Source: Alphaproteobacteria bacterium (GTDB lineage: Bacteria > Pseudomonadota > Alphaproteobacteria > UBA2966). Taken from it: a DNA stretch of 64,000 nucleotides. The stretch spans positions 32,001-96,000 of the forward strand of contig OZ219857.1 of assembly GCA_964291395.2 (NCBI GenBank), given 5' to 3'. This document shows positions 19,247 through 33,307 of this stretch, piece by piece (position 1 is the stretch's first letter; each line of letters opens with the position of its first letter). The notes below the pieces were generated by a model. It saw nothing but the letters and a program-made list of their open reading frames with translations, did no database searches and had not been told where the DNA came from. A program made the position numbers and the translations under genes.

Positions 19247-19420
19247 GTCCAAATCATAGGCATCCCGCCAGGGCTGGACAAGAAGGACCTGGGGCCTTAC
19301 GAACCGCCGACGGGTCCTGGAGCCCGCCACAATCGAACCGTTCACGTGGCCTGAAGCCGCATCGAGGCGGACCGATCGGGAGCGAACGTAGACGAGGTAC
19401 GGGAGGCTGCGAGTCAATCC

Positions 19421-20231
19421 ATGTCCAAGCCAGTGGTCGGTGTCATCGCATCCGGATACCTCGCCAACGGCCGCAGCCCCGCGCAGTTGGTCAGGGAGAA
19501 GAACCTTCGCGCCCTGGCGCAGGTCGCCGACGCCCTGCCCCTGATGTTCGCCGGCGCGCCCGACCTCACGGATATCGGGCCGCTGCTGGACACGGTCGAC
19601 GGCGTCCTGCTGACGGGCGACCGCGCCAACGTTCATCCGAGCCATTTCAACGCCGAACCCCATCCGAGCCACGAGCCCTACGATCGGGACCGGGACGAGG
19701 TGGCGCTGCGGGTGGCGAGGGCCTGCGTCGAGCGGAGCATCCCCATCCTGGGCCTGTGCCGCGGCATCCAGGAGATGGGAGTGGCGTTCGGGAGCACCCT
19801 GCATCCGGAAATCCGCGAGTTGCCCGGACGCATGAACCACCGGGCGCCCCGGCTGGAAAACGGGGACCCCCATCCCGACCCGGCAGTCGTTTTCGCGGAC
19901 CGCCATGACGTCCGCCTCGTTTCCGGAGGTGTCTTCGCGCGGCTCTTCGACCGGGAGACGATCCGCGTCAACTCGCTCCACGGTCAGGGCATTCTGGAAC
20001 CGGGGGACCGCGTCGTCGTCGAGGGCGTGGCGGAGGACGGCACGATCGAGGCCATTCGAATCGCCGACGCGCCCGGGTTCGCATTGGGCGTCCAGTGGCA
20101 CGCCGAGCACGATCCGCAGACCAATCCGGTGAACCGCGCCCTGTTTCGGGCGTTCGGCGATGCGATCAGGGAACGCAGGCGGGCCCGTGAAGGCCGACCC
20201 CACGGAGGCGAAGGGGGAACGCAGGACAGGC

Positions 20232-20239
<8 letters not shown>
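19421..20239 (+). CDS. Gamma-glutamyl-gamma-aminobutyrate hydrolase family (peptidase C26, PuuD-like)
   Basis: [18 protein letters not shown] (nucleophile Cys), VNSLHGQG and GVQWHAE. Confidence 0.88.
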
Positions 20240-24892
<4,653 letters not shown>

Positions 24893-24895
24893 CCC

Positions 24896-26314
24896 ATGGG
24901 CAAAGTCACGGGTTTTCTCGAATTCGACAGGAAGGAGCAGCGCTACGCGCCAGTCGCCGAACGCGTCCGTAATTTCAACGAGTTCGTGGTGCCGCTGGAC
25001 GAGAATACGTTGAAGCAGCAGGGCGCGCGCTGCATGGATTGCGGCATCCCGTTCTGCCACACCGGCTGCCCCGTCGACAACATCATCCCCGACTGGAACG
25101 ACCTCGTTTACCGCGACCAGTGGCGGGAAGCCATCGAAGTGCTGCACTCGACCAACAACTTCCCCGAATTCACCGGCCGCGTCTGCCCGGCACCTTGCGA
25201 GGAAGCCTGCACGCTGAACATCGACGACGCCCCGGTAACGATCAAGACGATCGAGTGCGCCATCGCGGATCGGGCCTGGCAGGAAGGCTGGGCGGTTCCC
25301 GACATCTCCGCCGACCGGACCGGCAAACGCGTCGCCGTCGTCGGAGCGGGTCCCGCCGGAATGGCGTGCGCGCAACAGCTGGCGCGCGCCGGGCACGACG
25401 TCACGCTGTTCGACAGGAACGCCAAACCGGGCGGGTTGCTCCGGTACGGCATTCCCGACTTCAAGATGGAAAAGCACTACATCGACCGGCGCGTCGCACA
25501 AATGGAGGCGGAAGGCGTGACCTTCCGCACCGGGGTGCATGTCGGGGTCGATATGGAAGCCCAGGACCTTGTCCGGGAATACGACGCCGTCGTCCTGGCA
25601 GGCGGGTCGGAGAAGGCGCGCGACCTGCCGGTCGAGGGAAGGGGGTTGCGCGGCGTCGAATTCGCCATGGATTTCCTGCCTCAGCAGAACCGGCGTATCA
25701 GCGGGGAGCCCCTCGGCGACGTGGAAGAGATTCACGCCCGAGGCAAGCACGTCGTCGTGATCGGCGGCGGCGATACGGGCTCCGATTGCATCGGCACGTC
25801 GTTCCGCCAAGGCGCGGCCTCGGTCACGCAGCTGGAGATCCTGCCGATGCCGCCGGAGAAACCCGACAAAGGCACCACATGGCCCCTGTGGCCGCTCCGG
25901 CTCCGCACGTCCTCGTCCCACGCGGAAGGGGCGGAGCGCGATTGGAGCGTCGCGACCAAGTACCTTTCAGGCGCCAACGGGACCGTCTCGACACTTCACG
26001 CGGTCCGCCTGGACGAAGGAATGCAGGAGATTCCCGGAACCGAATTCGACCTGCAGGCGGGGCTCGTTCTGCTGGCGATGGGTTTCGTTCATCCGGTCCA
26101 CGAAGGCATGATCGAGGAATTGGGAGTCGAACTCGACACGCGCGGCAACGTCCTCGCCGATACGGAGAGATACGTCACGTCGCTGCCCAACGTGTTCGCC
26201 GCAGGCGACATGCGCCGCGGCCAGTCGCTCGTGGTCTGGGCCATCCGCGAGGGCCGGCAATGCGCCCACGCCGTGGACGAATTCCTGATGGGCGAGTCGT
26301 CGCTGCCACGATGA
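24896..26314 (+). CDS. gltD: Glutamate synthase small subunit (copy 1, NADH-type motifs)
   Basis: [42 protein letters not shown] and [14 protein letters not shown]. Confidence 0.95.
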   Translation: MGKVTGFLEFDRKEQRYAPVAERVRNFNEFVVPLDENTLKQQGARCMDCGIPFCHTGCPVDNIIPDWNDLVYRDQWREAIEVLHSTNNFPEFTGRVCPAPCEEACTLNIDDAPVTIKTIECAIADRAWQEGWAVPDISADRTGKRVAVVGAGPAGMACAQQLARAGHDVTLFDRNAKPGGLLRYGIPDFKMEKHYIDRRVAQMEAEGVTFRTGVHVGVDMEAQDLVREYDAVVLAGGSEKARDLPVEGRGLRGVEFAMDFLPQQNRRISGEPLGDVEEIHARGKHVVVIGGGDTGSDCIGTSFRQGAASVTQLEILPMPPEKPDKGTTWPLWPLRLRTSSSHAEGAERDWSVATKYLSGANGTVSTLHAVRLDEGMQEIPGTEFDLQAGLVLLAMGFVHPVHEGMIEELGVELDTRGNVLADTERYVTSLPNVFAAGDMRRGQSLVVWAIREGRQCAHAVDEFLMGESSLPR

Positions 26315-26394
26315 AACGGCGACGGCATCGCCATTCCGGATTCCGCGGGCGAGCGGCGCGACAACGGTGCCTGCAGACCCCGGCGAAACCGCGG

Positions 26395-27327
26395 CTACGC
26401 CCGGCCGCGCAGGATGGCCGGAATGGCGGCGCGTGCCGCGGCCCGGTAGCCGTTTGCCGTGACGGTCAAATCGCTCCGCATCATGGCGTTGAGCATCGGC
26501 AGCCTGTGGAACGGCACGGCAGGGTAGACATGGTGCTCGACATGATAGGGCATGTTCCAGGCGATGAAGCGCACTGCCGCATTGGTGAAGGTCGTGCGCG
26601 TGTTCCGGAGCATGTCGGGCACGTGCGGGCATCCGGTATGCTCGGCCAGCAGATAGAGGCGCAGGAAGGGCTGCCCGAGGAGCACGGGAATGAGCCAGTA
26701 CCAGAGCAGCGCGGTCGTTCCCCAAAGCACCGACAACCCGGCGGCGGCGAGGTAGGCGGCGAGAAACAGCCGCGCTTCCCGGACTACGGCCGATCGGGCC
26801 CGCGGCGGCACGAACGCGTCGCGGTTCCGGCCGGCAGCGTTGCTCAGCAAGGTCCTCACCTGGCCCATCCAGTAAGGACCGCCGGCGACGGTCCAGACGA
26901 GACCGGGCTTCGATTTCGGCAGGGGCCTCGCCAGTTCCGGATCGCGCGCCGGATCGTGAGTGTAGCGGTGATGCGCCATGTGGAAATGGTGAAACCAAGC
27001 CGGGGGCAGGAGGGATACCAGCCCCGTTGCCCAGGCCGCCACCGTACTCAGCCAGTTGCTGCGGAAGGGCGTTCCGTGCACCGCCTCGTGTTGCAGGCAA
27101 AACAGGAAGACGAGCAGAATGCCGTGAGGCAGCAGCAGGATCGGCCAGCCCGGCACCTCGAGAGCGATCAGCGAACCGGTAACGCCCAGCGCCGCCAAGT
27201 GGCCGGCAAGATGGACCAAGCCTCTCAGATCGGAGCGCCGCAACAGGCTGCGCCGTTCGGCGCGGCTGAGCCGCCCGACGATATCGCGATGACCGACCGT
27301 TCGTCGGAGCGAACCGTCTTCGTCCAT
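26395..27327 (-). CDS. Membrane fatty-acid desaturase/hydroxylase family (MocD-like)
   Basis: Three His boxes (QHEAVH, FHMAHHRY, YHVEHH) and LAEHTGCP; start uncertain. Confidence 0.8.
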   Translation of the reverse strand: MDEDGSLRRTVGHRDIVGRLSRAERRSLLRRSDLRGLVHLAGHLAALGVTGSLIALEVPGWPILLLPHGILLVFLFCLQHEAVHGTPFRSNWLSTVAAWATGLVSLLPPAWFHHFHMAHHRYTHDPARDPELARPLPKSKPGLVWTVAGGPYWMGQVRTLLSNAAGRNRDAFVPPRARSAVVREARLFLAAYLAAAGLSVLWGTTALLWYWLIPVLLGQPFLRLYLLAEHTGCPHVPDMLRNTRTTFTNAAVRFIAWNMPYHVEHHVYPAVPFHRLPMLNAMMRSDLTVTANGYRAAARAAIPAILRGRA

Positions 27328-27727
27328 CGTTACCCATCCTGATCGTCGGGAGGAGGACATCGGGCAGTCGTCCGTTTCGCTCCCCAGCGGCTCATCGTCG
27401 ACGTTCACGACTCTATCACGACCGCGATGCTCACGAGCCAGTCCGCCGAGGCGGCAGCTGCCGACGGCGGAACAACGATGGAGCGGACGCCTCCTCCCGA
27501 CGGCAAGATCGTGGGGAAGCGACCAAACTCCGCTTTCAAAAGTGATAACAATGGGTTACTGAAAATGCCTTCCTCCCTTCCCCGCTCACGCCCGGACCTA
27601 CATTCCCGAGCGGGGGATGTCGGTCTCCTCTCTCTTGTCCCCATTTCCCGCCCGTTAGAGGATCGTGCCGAAGTCGCCGCGTAGCGCGACACGCAAGTCG
27701 CCGCCCTCGGCATCGGGCGACAGAGGC

Positions 27728-27765
27728 TTGACGCGCGCCGCAACGGGGAGCCATATCACATATCA
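27728..27765 (+). promoter_or_regulatory. Putative sox promoter with tandem CATATCA repeat
   Basis: TTGACG at 27728-27733 and CATATCA twice at 27752-27765; SD GGGAGGAGG before soxY. Confidence 0.4.
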
Positions 27766-27798
27766 CCAATCGGCCGGCGGGCGGGAGGAGGCCCCATC

Positions 27799-28218
27799 GT
27801 GGCTCCGACGCGCAGGGATGTGTTGCTGATGGGCGCGTCTGCCGGCGCGGCCGCGCTGATCCCCGTCGGCGCGGCAGAGGCCTCGAACGGGGTCCGGCAG
27901 GCCATCGACGCGTTCACGGGCGGCGCGTTCCGCCTGGAAGGCGGCGTGATTCTCGATGCGCCGGAAATCTTCGACAACGGCGGCGCCGTGCCGGTCCGGA
28001 TCGTTGCCGAGGGTGCCAGACGCATCGCGCTCTTCAACGACGGAAACCCGAATCCCGGCGTCGCGGTCTTCACGTTCGGAAGGCTGGTGCCGCCGGAAGC
28101 CACGATCCGCATCCGGCTGGCCGGGAGCCAGACCGTGTATGCGGTGGCGGAGATGGCGGACGGCACGTTCCGCCAGACCTCCCGGGCAATCGCGGTGACG
28201 GTCGGCGGCTGCGGTTGA
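27799..28218 (+). CDS. soxY: Sulfur carrier protein SoxY
   Basis: Tat signal TRRDVL, PEIFDNGGAVPV, NPNPGVA and C-terminal VTVGGCG. Confidence 0.9.
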   Translation: MAPTRRDVLLMGASAGAAALIPVGAAEASNGVRQAIDAFTGGAFRLEGGVILDAPEIFDNGGAVPVRIVAEGARRIALFNDGNPNPGVAVFTFGRLVPPEATIRIRLAGSQTVYAVAEMADGTFRQTSRAIAVTVGGCG

Positions 28219-28228
28219 GGAACGGGCG

Positions 28229-28555
28229 ATGGCGGAACCCAGGCCGCGCGTGAAGCTGCCGAAGTCGGTGGCGGCGGGCGTTCCCTTCACGGTCAAGACC
28301 CGGATCACCCATCCGATGCATACGGGGCAGCGCCACGACAGCGAGGGCGCGCTCGTGCCGCGCCGGATCATCAATCGCTTCGTGGTGAGCTTCAACGGCG
28401 AGGTGGCGGTCTCCGTCGACCTGGAGCCGGCGGTCTCGGCCGATCCCTACATACAGTTTCAGATGGCCGTTCCGGAATCGGGCCACCTGGACTTCCAATG
28501 GATCGACGATGACGGCTCCGTGTACAGCCTCAGCAAACGGATCGAGGTCGACTAG
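28229..28555 (+). CDS. soxZ: Sulfur carrier complex protein SoxZ
   Basis: ITHPMHTGQR, PRRIIN, AVSADPY and WIDDDG; follows soxY. Confidence 0.92.
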   Translation: MAEPRPRVKLPKSVAAGVPFTVKTRITHPMHTGQRHDSEGALVPRRIINRFVVSFNGEVAVSVDLEPAVSADPYIQFQMAVPESGHLDFQWIDDDGSVYSLSKRIEVD

Positions 28556-29300
28556 AGCCTCCGGCCGGCACCGCCCCCGGCCGGCCAGCCTCGCGGCACG
28601 TCTCGCATCCGGGCTGCTTTCCGTGGCGCTGCTGGCGGTTCTCCCGGCCGCCGCATGGAGCGCCGATGCCGGCCGCGGCAAGGCGCTCTTCGGCCAATGC
28701 AAGCGCTGCCATCAGGTGGGCGACGGCGCGAAACACCGGATCGGCCCGCAGCTCAACGATGTCTTCGGCCGCGCGGCCGGCTCGCTCGCGGACTATCGCT
28801 ATTCCCGGGCGATGAAGGCGGCCGGTGCCGGCGGCCTGGTCTGGACCGAGGCGACTCTGGATGCCTTCCTCTCCGACCCGGTCGCCCTCGTGCCGCACTC
28901 ACGCATGAGCTTCGCGGGAATGGCGGGAGCGGACGACAGGGCGGCGCTGTTGGCGTGGCTAGGCGGCTTTTCCGGCCCTCGCTCCGATCTTCCGCCAGCG
29001 GAACCGACCGCGACGCCCGAGGAATTCGGCCTCGATCCGCGGATCCTCGCCATCGAGGGAGACCCCGAATACGGCGCCTATCTCGCGGGTGAATGCATTA
29101 CCTGCCACCGCATGGACGTGACCGTCAAAGGCATCCCCTCGATAACCGGATGGCCACTCGATGACTTCGTGATAGCCTTGCACGCCTACAAGGGCGGAAA
29201 GAGGGTCCATCCCGTCATGCAGATGGTGGCCGGGCGCCTCTCGGACGAGGAGATCGCTGCCCTCGCCGCACATTTCCACAGGGCGGAAGACAGCCCGTGA
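28509..29300 (+). CDS. soxE: Diheme cytochrome c (SoxE-like)
   Basis: Signal peptide, CKRCH in a cytochrome c2-like domain and CITCH in a second domain; lies between soxZ and soxF. Start uncertain. Confidence 0.8.
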   Translation: MTAPCTASANGSRSTRASGRHRPRPASLAARLASGLLSVALLAVLPAAAWSADAGRGKALFGQCKRCHQVGDGAKHRIGPQLNDVFGRAAGSLADYRYSRAMKAAGAGGLVWTEATLDAFLSDPVALVPHSRMSFAGMAGADDRAALLAWLGGFSGPRSDLPPAEPTATPEEFGLDPRILAIEGDPEYGAYLAGECITCHRMDVTVKGIPSITGWPLDDFVIALHAYKGGKRVHPVMQMVAGRLSDEEIAALAAHFHRAEDSP

Positions 29301-30613
29301 GCCAGGAGAAACACGTCATGAGCAAACGGAACGGAGAGAGCGGCTTGAACCGGCGCCATTTTCTTGCAACCGCGGCCGCGGCAACCACGGCGGTATCGGG
29401 GCTGTCAGCGCCGGCGGTGCTCGCGCAAGGCCGCCCCCGCGTCGTGGTCGTGGGCGGCGGCGCGGGCGGTGCGACGGCGGCGCGCTACATCGCCAAGGAT
29501 TCGAAGGGTGCCGTGGATGTGACGCTCGTGGAACCGAGCCGCGCCTACTACTCCTGCTTCTTCTCGAACCTCTATATCGGCGGCTTCCGCGAGTTCGCGT
29601 CGATCGGTCACAGCTACGGAGCGCTGGCCGCGAATCACGGGATCAACGTCGTGCACGACTGGGCGGTCTCCATCGACCGCGACGCGCGGAGCGTGGGGCT
29701 CGCGGGCGGGGGCAGCCTCGCCTACGACCGCCTCGTGCTCTCGCCGGGCATCGACTTCCGCGAAGGCTCCGTTCCCGGATGGGACCTGTCACAGCAGAAC
29801 CGCATGCCGCACGCCTACAAGGCCGGCTCGCAAACCCAGCTTCTCAAGGCGCAAATCGAAGCCATGCCGCAAGGCGGCGTCTATTGCATGGTGGCGCCGC
29901 CGAACCCGTTCCGCTGCCCGCCGGGGCCCTATGAGCGGATTTCGATGGTGGCCCACGTGCTGAAACAGGCCAATCCGACGGCGAAGATCCTGATCGTCGA
30001 CCCCAAGGAGAAGTTCTCCAAGCAGGGATTGTTCGAGGACGGCTGGCAGCGCCACTACCCCGGCATGATCGAGCGCGTCGGTCCGGATTTCGGCGGCGAC
30101 AAGGTCGAGGTGCGGCCCGACAGCCTGGAGGTGGTGGTGGACGGCGAGGTGACGAAGGTGGATGTCTGCAACGTCATTCCCGCGCAGCAGGCGGGGCGCG
30201 TCGCGGCGCTCGCGGGCGTCACCGACGAGTCCGGCTGGGCGCCGGTCGTGCCGCACACCATGGAGAGTCGCGCGGACGCCAATATTCACGTGCTGGGCGA
30301 CGCGGCGCTGCAGGGCGACATGCCGAAGTCGGGCTTCTCGGCCAACAGCCAGGCGAAGGTCTGCGCCATGGCGGTGCGCGGGGCGCTTACCGGGTCCTCG
30401 GTGTTCCCGTCGCGGTTCTCCAACACCTGCTGGTCGCTCATCGGCACCGATGACGGCGTCAAGGTCGGCGCTTCCTACGAAGCGACCGACGAGAAGATCG
30501 CCAAGACCGACGGCTTCATTTCCAAGACCGGCGAAAGCGCGGAACTGCGCAAGGCGACCTACGAGGAATCGCTCGGCTGGTATGACGCCATTACCGGGGA
30601 CATGTTCAGCTGA
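29297..30613 (+). CDS. soxF: Flavocytochrome c sulfide dehydrogenase flavoprotein (SoxF/FccB)
   Basis: Tat NRRHFL, VVVVGGGAGG, CFFSN, PPNPFRCPPGPYER and NTCWS. Confidence 0.93.
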   Translation: MSQEKHVMSKRNGESGLNRRHFLATAAAATTAVSGLSAPAVLAQGRPRVVVVGGGAGGATAARYIAKDSKGAVDVTLVEPSRAYYSCFFSNLYIGGFREFASIGHSYGALAANHGINVVHDWAVSIDRDARSVGLAGGGSLAYDRLVLSPGIDFREGSVPGWDLSQQNRMPHAYKAGSQTQLLKAQIEAMPQGGVYCMVAPPNPFRCPPGPYERISMVAHVLKQANPTAKILIVDPKEKFSKQGLFEDGWQRHYPGMIERVGPDFGGDKVEVRPDSLEVVVDGEVTKVDVCNVIPAQQAGRVAALAGVTDESGWAPVVPHTMESRADANIHVLGDAALQGDMPKSGFSANSQAKVCAMAVRGALTGSSVFPSRFSNTCWSLIGTDDGVKVGASYEATDEKIAKTDGFISKTGESAELRKATYEESLGWYDAITGDMFS

Positions 30614-30667
30614 TCCCGCTGACGGCGCTTACGCCCCGGGCGGGAGCGCCGTAGCCCCTCCGCCGCA

Positions 30668-31693
30668 CTATCGGGCGGCGAGGAGCACGCCGACGGCCCG
30701 CGCCGAAGCCGCCATCGCGGCGAGCGCGAGGAGAGCGGCAAGGCTCGCGGTCGAGACGCCGGAGAGTCCGGCGCCGACCGTGCAGCCGCCTGCCAGCACG
30801 CCGCCGGCGCCCATCATCACGGCGCCGGCGAGGTAGCGCCCGGTCTGCCGCGGCCCCTCCAGGCTCCGCCAGCGGAACTCGCCGGCCGCCAGCGCCGCCG
30901 CCAAGCTGCCGAGAAGAACGCCTGCCGCGAGGCCCGTGCCGAAGCCGGCCGGAATCGACGTCGCCGCCACGACCCAGAACAGCGTGTCGGCCATCGGCCC
31001 GGTGAAGCCCATCGACTGCACGGGAATCGGGTCGAAGTCATCCAGCAGCACGAAGCCCGTGCCGATCCAGCCGAGCGGCACCAGCAGACCGATCGCGGCG
31101 GCCATCGCCAAATGGGCGATCCGCGCGCGGGAGAAGAGCGCGAAGACGAACGCGGCACCCGCGATGACCAGCGGCCAGACCTCGCCGCCGGGCCATGCCG
31201 AGAGCGCCGTCGCCGCTCCGCCGGAGAGGGACGCGTCGCCGAGCGCCTGGCGTATCGGTGCCAGCGCGCCCTTCATCACCGCATGGGCCGTGACGGCAAA
31301 GACGATCAGGACGATCAGGGCGCGCAGATTGCCGCCGCCGACCAGCACCGTGAGGCGCGAGACGCAGCCGCCCGCGAGCACCATGCCGGCCCCGAACAGC
31401 GCGCCACCCAGCAGTACGGAGACTACCGGCAGGTCAGACGCGAGAAACCGGTGCGCCTCGAAGGAGATCAGGTCCATGGCGACTGCAAGCCGGGTTCCGG
31501 CGATCGCGCACGCCAGCGCCATCGTCCATGCGCCCAGCGCCGGCAGGCAATCGCGCCACCGGCCGACCAGACTGCGGCGCAGACAGAAAGCGCTGCGCTG
31601 CGCCAGGGCGCCGTAGGCGCAGCCGAGCACCAAACCCAGCAGGACAGACGCCGTGAGCGGTGTCAGATGCTCGAATCCCAGTTCCTCGAACAT
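30668..31693 (-). CDS. YeeE/YedE (SoxT-like) sulfur-compound transporter
   Basis: Multi-TM protein with three conserved Cys motifs (FCLRR, GGCVSR, GGCTVG); ATG 31693. Confidence 0.88.
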   Translation of the reverse strand: MFEELGFEHLTPLTASVLLGLVLGCAYGALAQRSAFCLRRSLVGRWRDCLPALGAWTMALACAIAGTRLAVAMDLISFEAHRFLASDLPVVSVLLGGALFGAGMVLAGGCVSRLTVLVGGGNLRALIVLIVFAVTAHAVMKGALAPIRQALGDASLSGGAATALSAWPGGEVWPLVIAGAAFVFALFSRARIAHLAMAAAIGLLVPLGWIGTGFVLLDDFDPIPVQSMGFTGPMADTLFWVVAATSIPAGFGTGLAAGVLLGSLAAALAAGEFRWRSLEGPRQTGRYLAGAVMMGAGGVLAGGCTVGAGLSGVSTASLAALLALAAMAASARAVGVLLAAR

Positions 31694-31917
31694 GGAGGGC
31701 CGCCAATCCTGTTCCTTCCGGCGCGCAACGACCGGCCGAGTCCGGACCTCAAGCGGCCATGGGACCGACCGGCCCCCACCGAGTGGTCCAGTGTGAATGT
31801 TAGTCGAGCGGTGTCGGCGAGGCCACGTCCGAGGACCGGAAATGCCTCCCGCGTGTACGGTCTCACGTCCCGGCGTGGGCAAGGGCAAGGGTGCCGGGCC
31901 TTTCTACCCTGCAACCG

Positions 31918-32040
31918 GGGCTCTCGTACCATCCAGGCGTTCGATGCCCTCGCCGCCGACCCGGCACACCGCCACGGTGCGTCCGTAGCGGTCCCGGTCT
32001 TTTTCTTCGCACACGACCGCACGGCCGGAGATCCGTCCCT
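31918..32040 (-). pseudogene. Thermonuclease (SNase-family) gene remnant
   Basis: GRISGRAVVCEEKDRDRYGRTVAVCRVGGEGI, then a frameshift to NAWMVRE; DRYGR is the SNase motif. No start or end. Confidence 0.7.
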
Positions 32041-32074
32041 GCTCTGTTCGCGGACTGGACCGGTTGCCGCAACG

Positions 32075-32105
32075 GAGCGTCACTGCCGGTCATGCGGTGA
32101 CGCTC
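32075..32105. terminator. Strong hairpin downstream of LysR (terminator- or REP-like)
   Basis: GAGCGTCACTGC-N7-GCGGTGACGCTC, 12-bp stem with one non-Watson-Crick pair; no U-tract. Confidence 0.35.
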
Positions 32106-32204
32106 ATCCCAATGGCCCGCACCTCGCCATCCAAGGCCGGGCCCGGGGCGGTGACGGCGCCCGTCGCGGTTTCGCGGCATGAACGTCGCCACGCCATCGG
32201 CCGG

Positions 32205-33110
32205 CTAGGGACTCACGACTTGCAGCCCCAGGGTTCGCGCAAGCTTCGGCAACTCGTCGAGTACGAACTCCCGAAATGCGAAGGCAAGCGGGCTCGGCAC
32301 GGAATCGCCGTGTCTCAGCAATCCGACCATGCGCCAGACTTCCTCGTCGGCCAGATCGAGGGCCACGACGCCGTCGGGCAGATGGACCACCGCCAACGCC
32401 GGAAGCAGCGTCGTTCCGAATCCCGCCTTCGCCAGCGCCAGCAGCGACGTCACGTTCCAGACCTGTATCGAAGCCTTTTCCGCCAGCGCCCTGTAAGGGG
32501 ACGTCTCGATCTTCTCCGAAGCGCCGTTCAGGATCAGGTTTTCGCCTTCGAGCTCCGACCAGTGAACGGGCTTGCCAGCAATTGCCAGATCGCTCTCGCC
32601 GCTACAGACAACCTTGAAGCGATCCCGAAAAAGCGGCTCGAAGATGACCGGGGCGCTCGACTGCGGCTGTCCGGCAATTCCGAGATCCGCCTGCCCCGTC
32701 TCGACGAATATGCGAACGTTCCGGCTATCGATATCCAGGAGCTCGATCTCGATGCCGGGCCTGTCCCGGACGAAGCGGGGCAGCAAGGACGGAACCAGGT
32801 TGGTGGCGACGGAAGGGACCGAGGCAAGGGTAAGCCGGCCAATGCGGTTGCCGGCGTAAGCGCGGATTCCGTCGACCGTTCGATCATAGCTCCGGATCTG
32901 AAGGCGCGCCGTGTCGAGCGTGAACGCGCCAAGAGCAGTCAATCTGTTCTTGCGGTCGGTTTCGAAGAGCGCGCCGCCGACTTCGTGCTCGAGCTGCTTC
33001 AGGGTCATCGAGACCGCCGAAGCCGTCCGGCAAAGCCGTTCGGCCGCGTCCTTGATATTGCCGGCCTCGGCCACGGCGACGAAGGTCCGCAGCGTTTCCA
33101 GCTTGATCAT
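32205..33110 (-). CDS. LysR-family transcriptional regulator
   Basis: LRTFVAVAEAGNIKDAAERLCRTASAVSMTLKQLE HTH followed by a substrate-binding domain. Confidence 0.93.
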   Translation of the reverse strand: MIKLETLRTFVAVAEAGNIKDAAERLCRTASAVSMTLKQLEHEVGGALFETDRKNRLTALGAFTLDTARLQIRSYDRTVDGIRAYAGNRIGRLTLASVPSVATNLVPSLLPRFVRDRPGIEIELLDIDSRNVRIFVETGQADLGIAGQPQSSAPVIFEPLFRDRFKVVCSGESDLAIAGKPVHWSELEGENLILNGASEKIETSPYRALAEKASIQVWNVTSLLALAKAGFGTTLLPALAVVHLPDGVVALDLADEEVWRMVGLLRHGDSVPSPLAFAFREFVLDELPKLARTLGLQVVSP

Positions 33111-33120
33111 GGCCCATGTA

Positions 33121-33166
33121 TTTCAAGTAATATGAAAACGGCAACAGAAAATTCGATTTGATTGAA
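33121..33166. promoter_or_regulatory. LysR binding sites (T-N11-A boxes)
   Basis: TTTCA-N7-TGAAA (33121-33137) and degenerate TTCG-N7-TGAA (33152-33166) in the divergent gap. Confidence 0.65.
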
Positions 33167-33307
33167 GTTTCCGAATGCCCGATGGTCGTTCGCCGGGCCG
33201 GAGAGTTCCGCTTCGCGGGCAGGCCGGCGAACGTCTTCATCGACGCCGACGACGATCGCGGCCCAGGCAGCCTGCGGGGCCTCTCTCCAGGAAGACCGAC
33301 ATAGATC

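Noticed and set aside
33182-33304. GGAGAG...CTCTCCAGG leader resembling a glycine riboswitch, or a 40-aa small ORF
   Set aside because: Lacks the CCGAAG and CTCTCAGG core with correct spacing; the ORF has no recognisable features.
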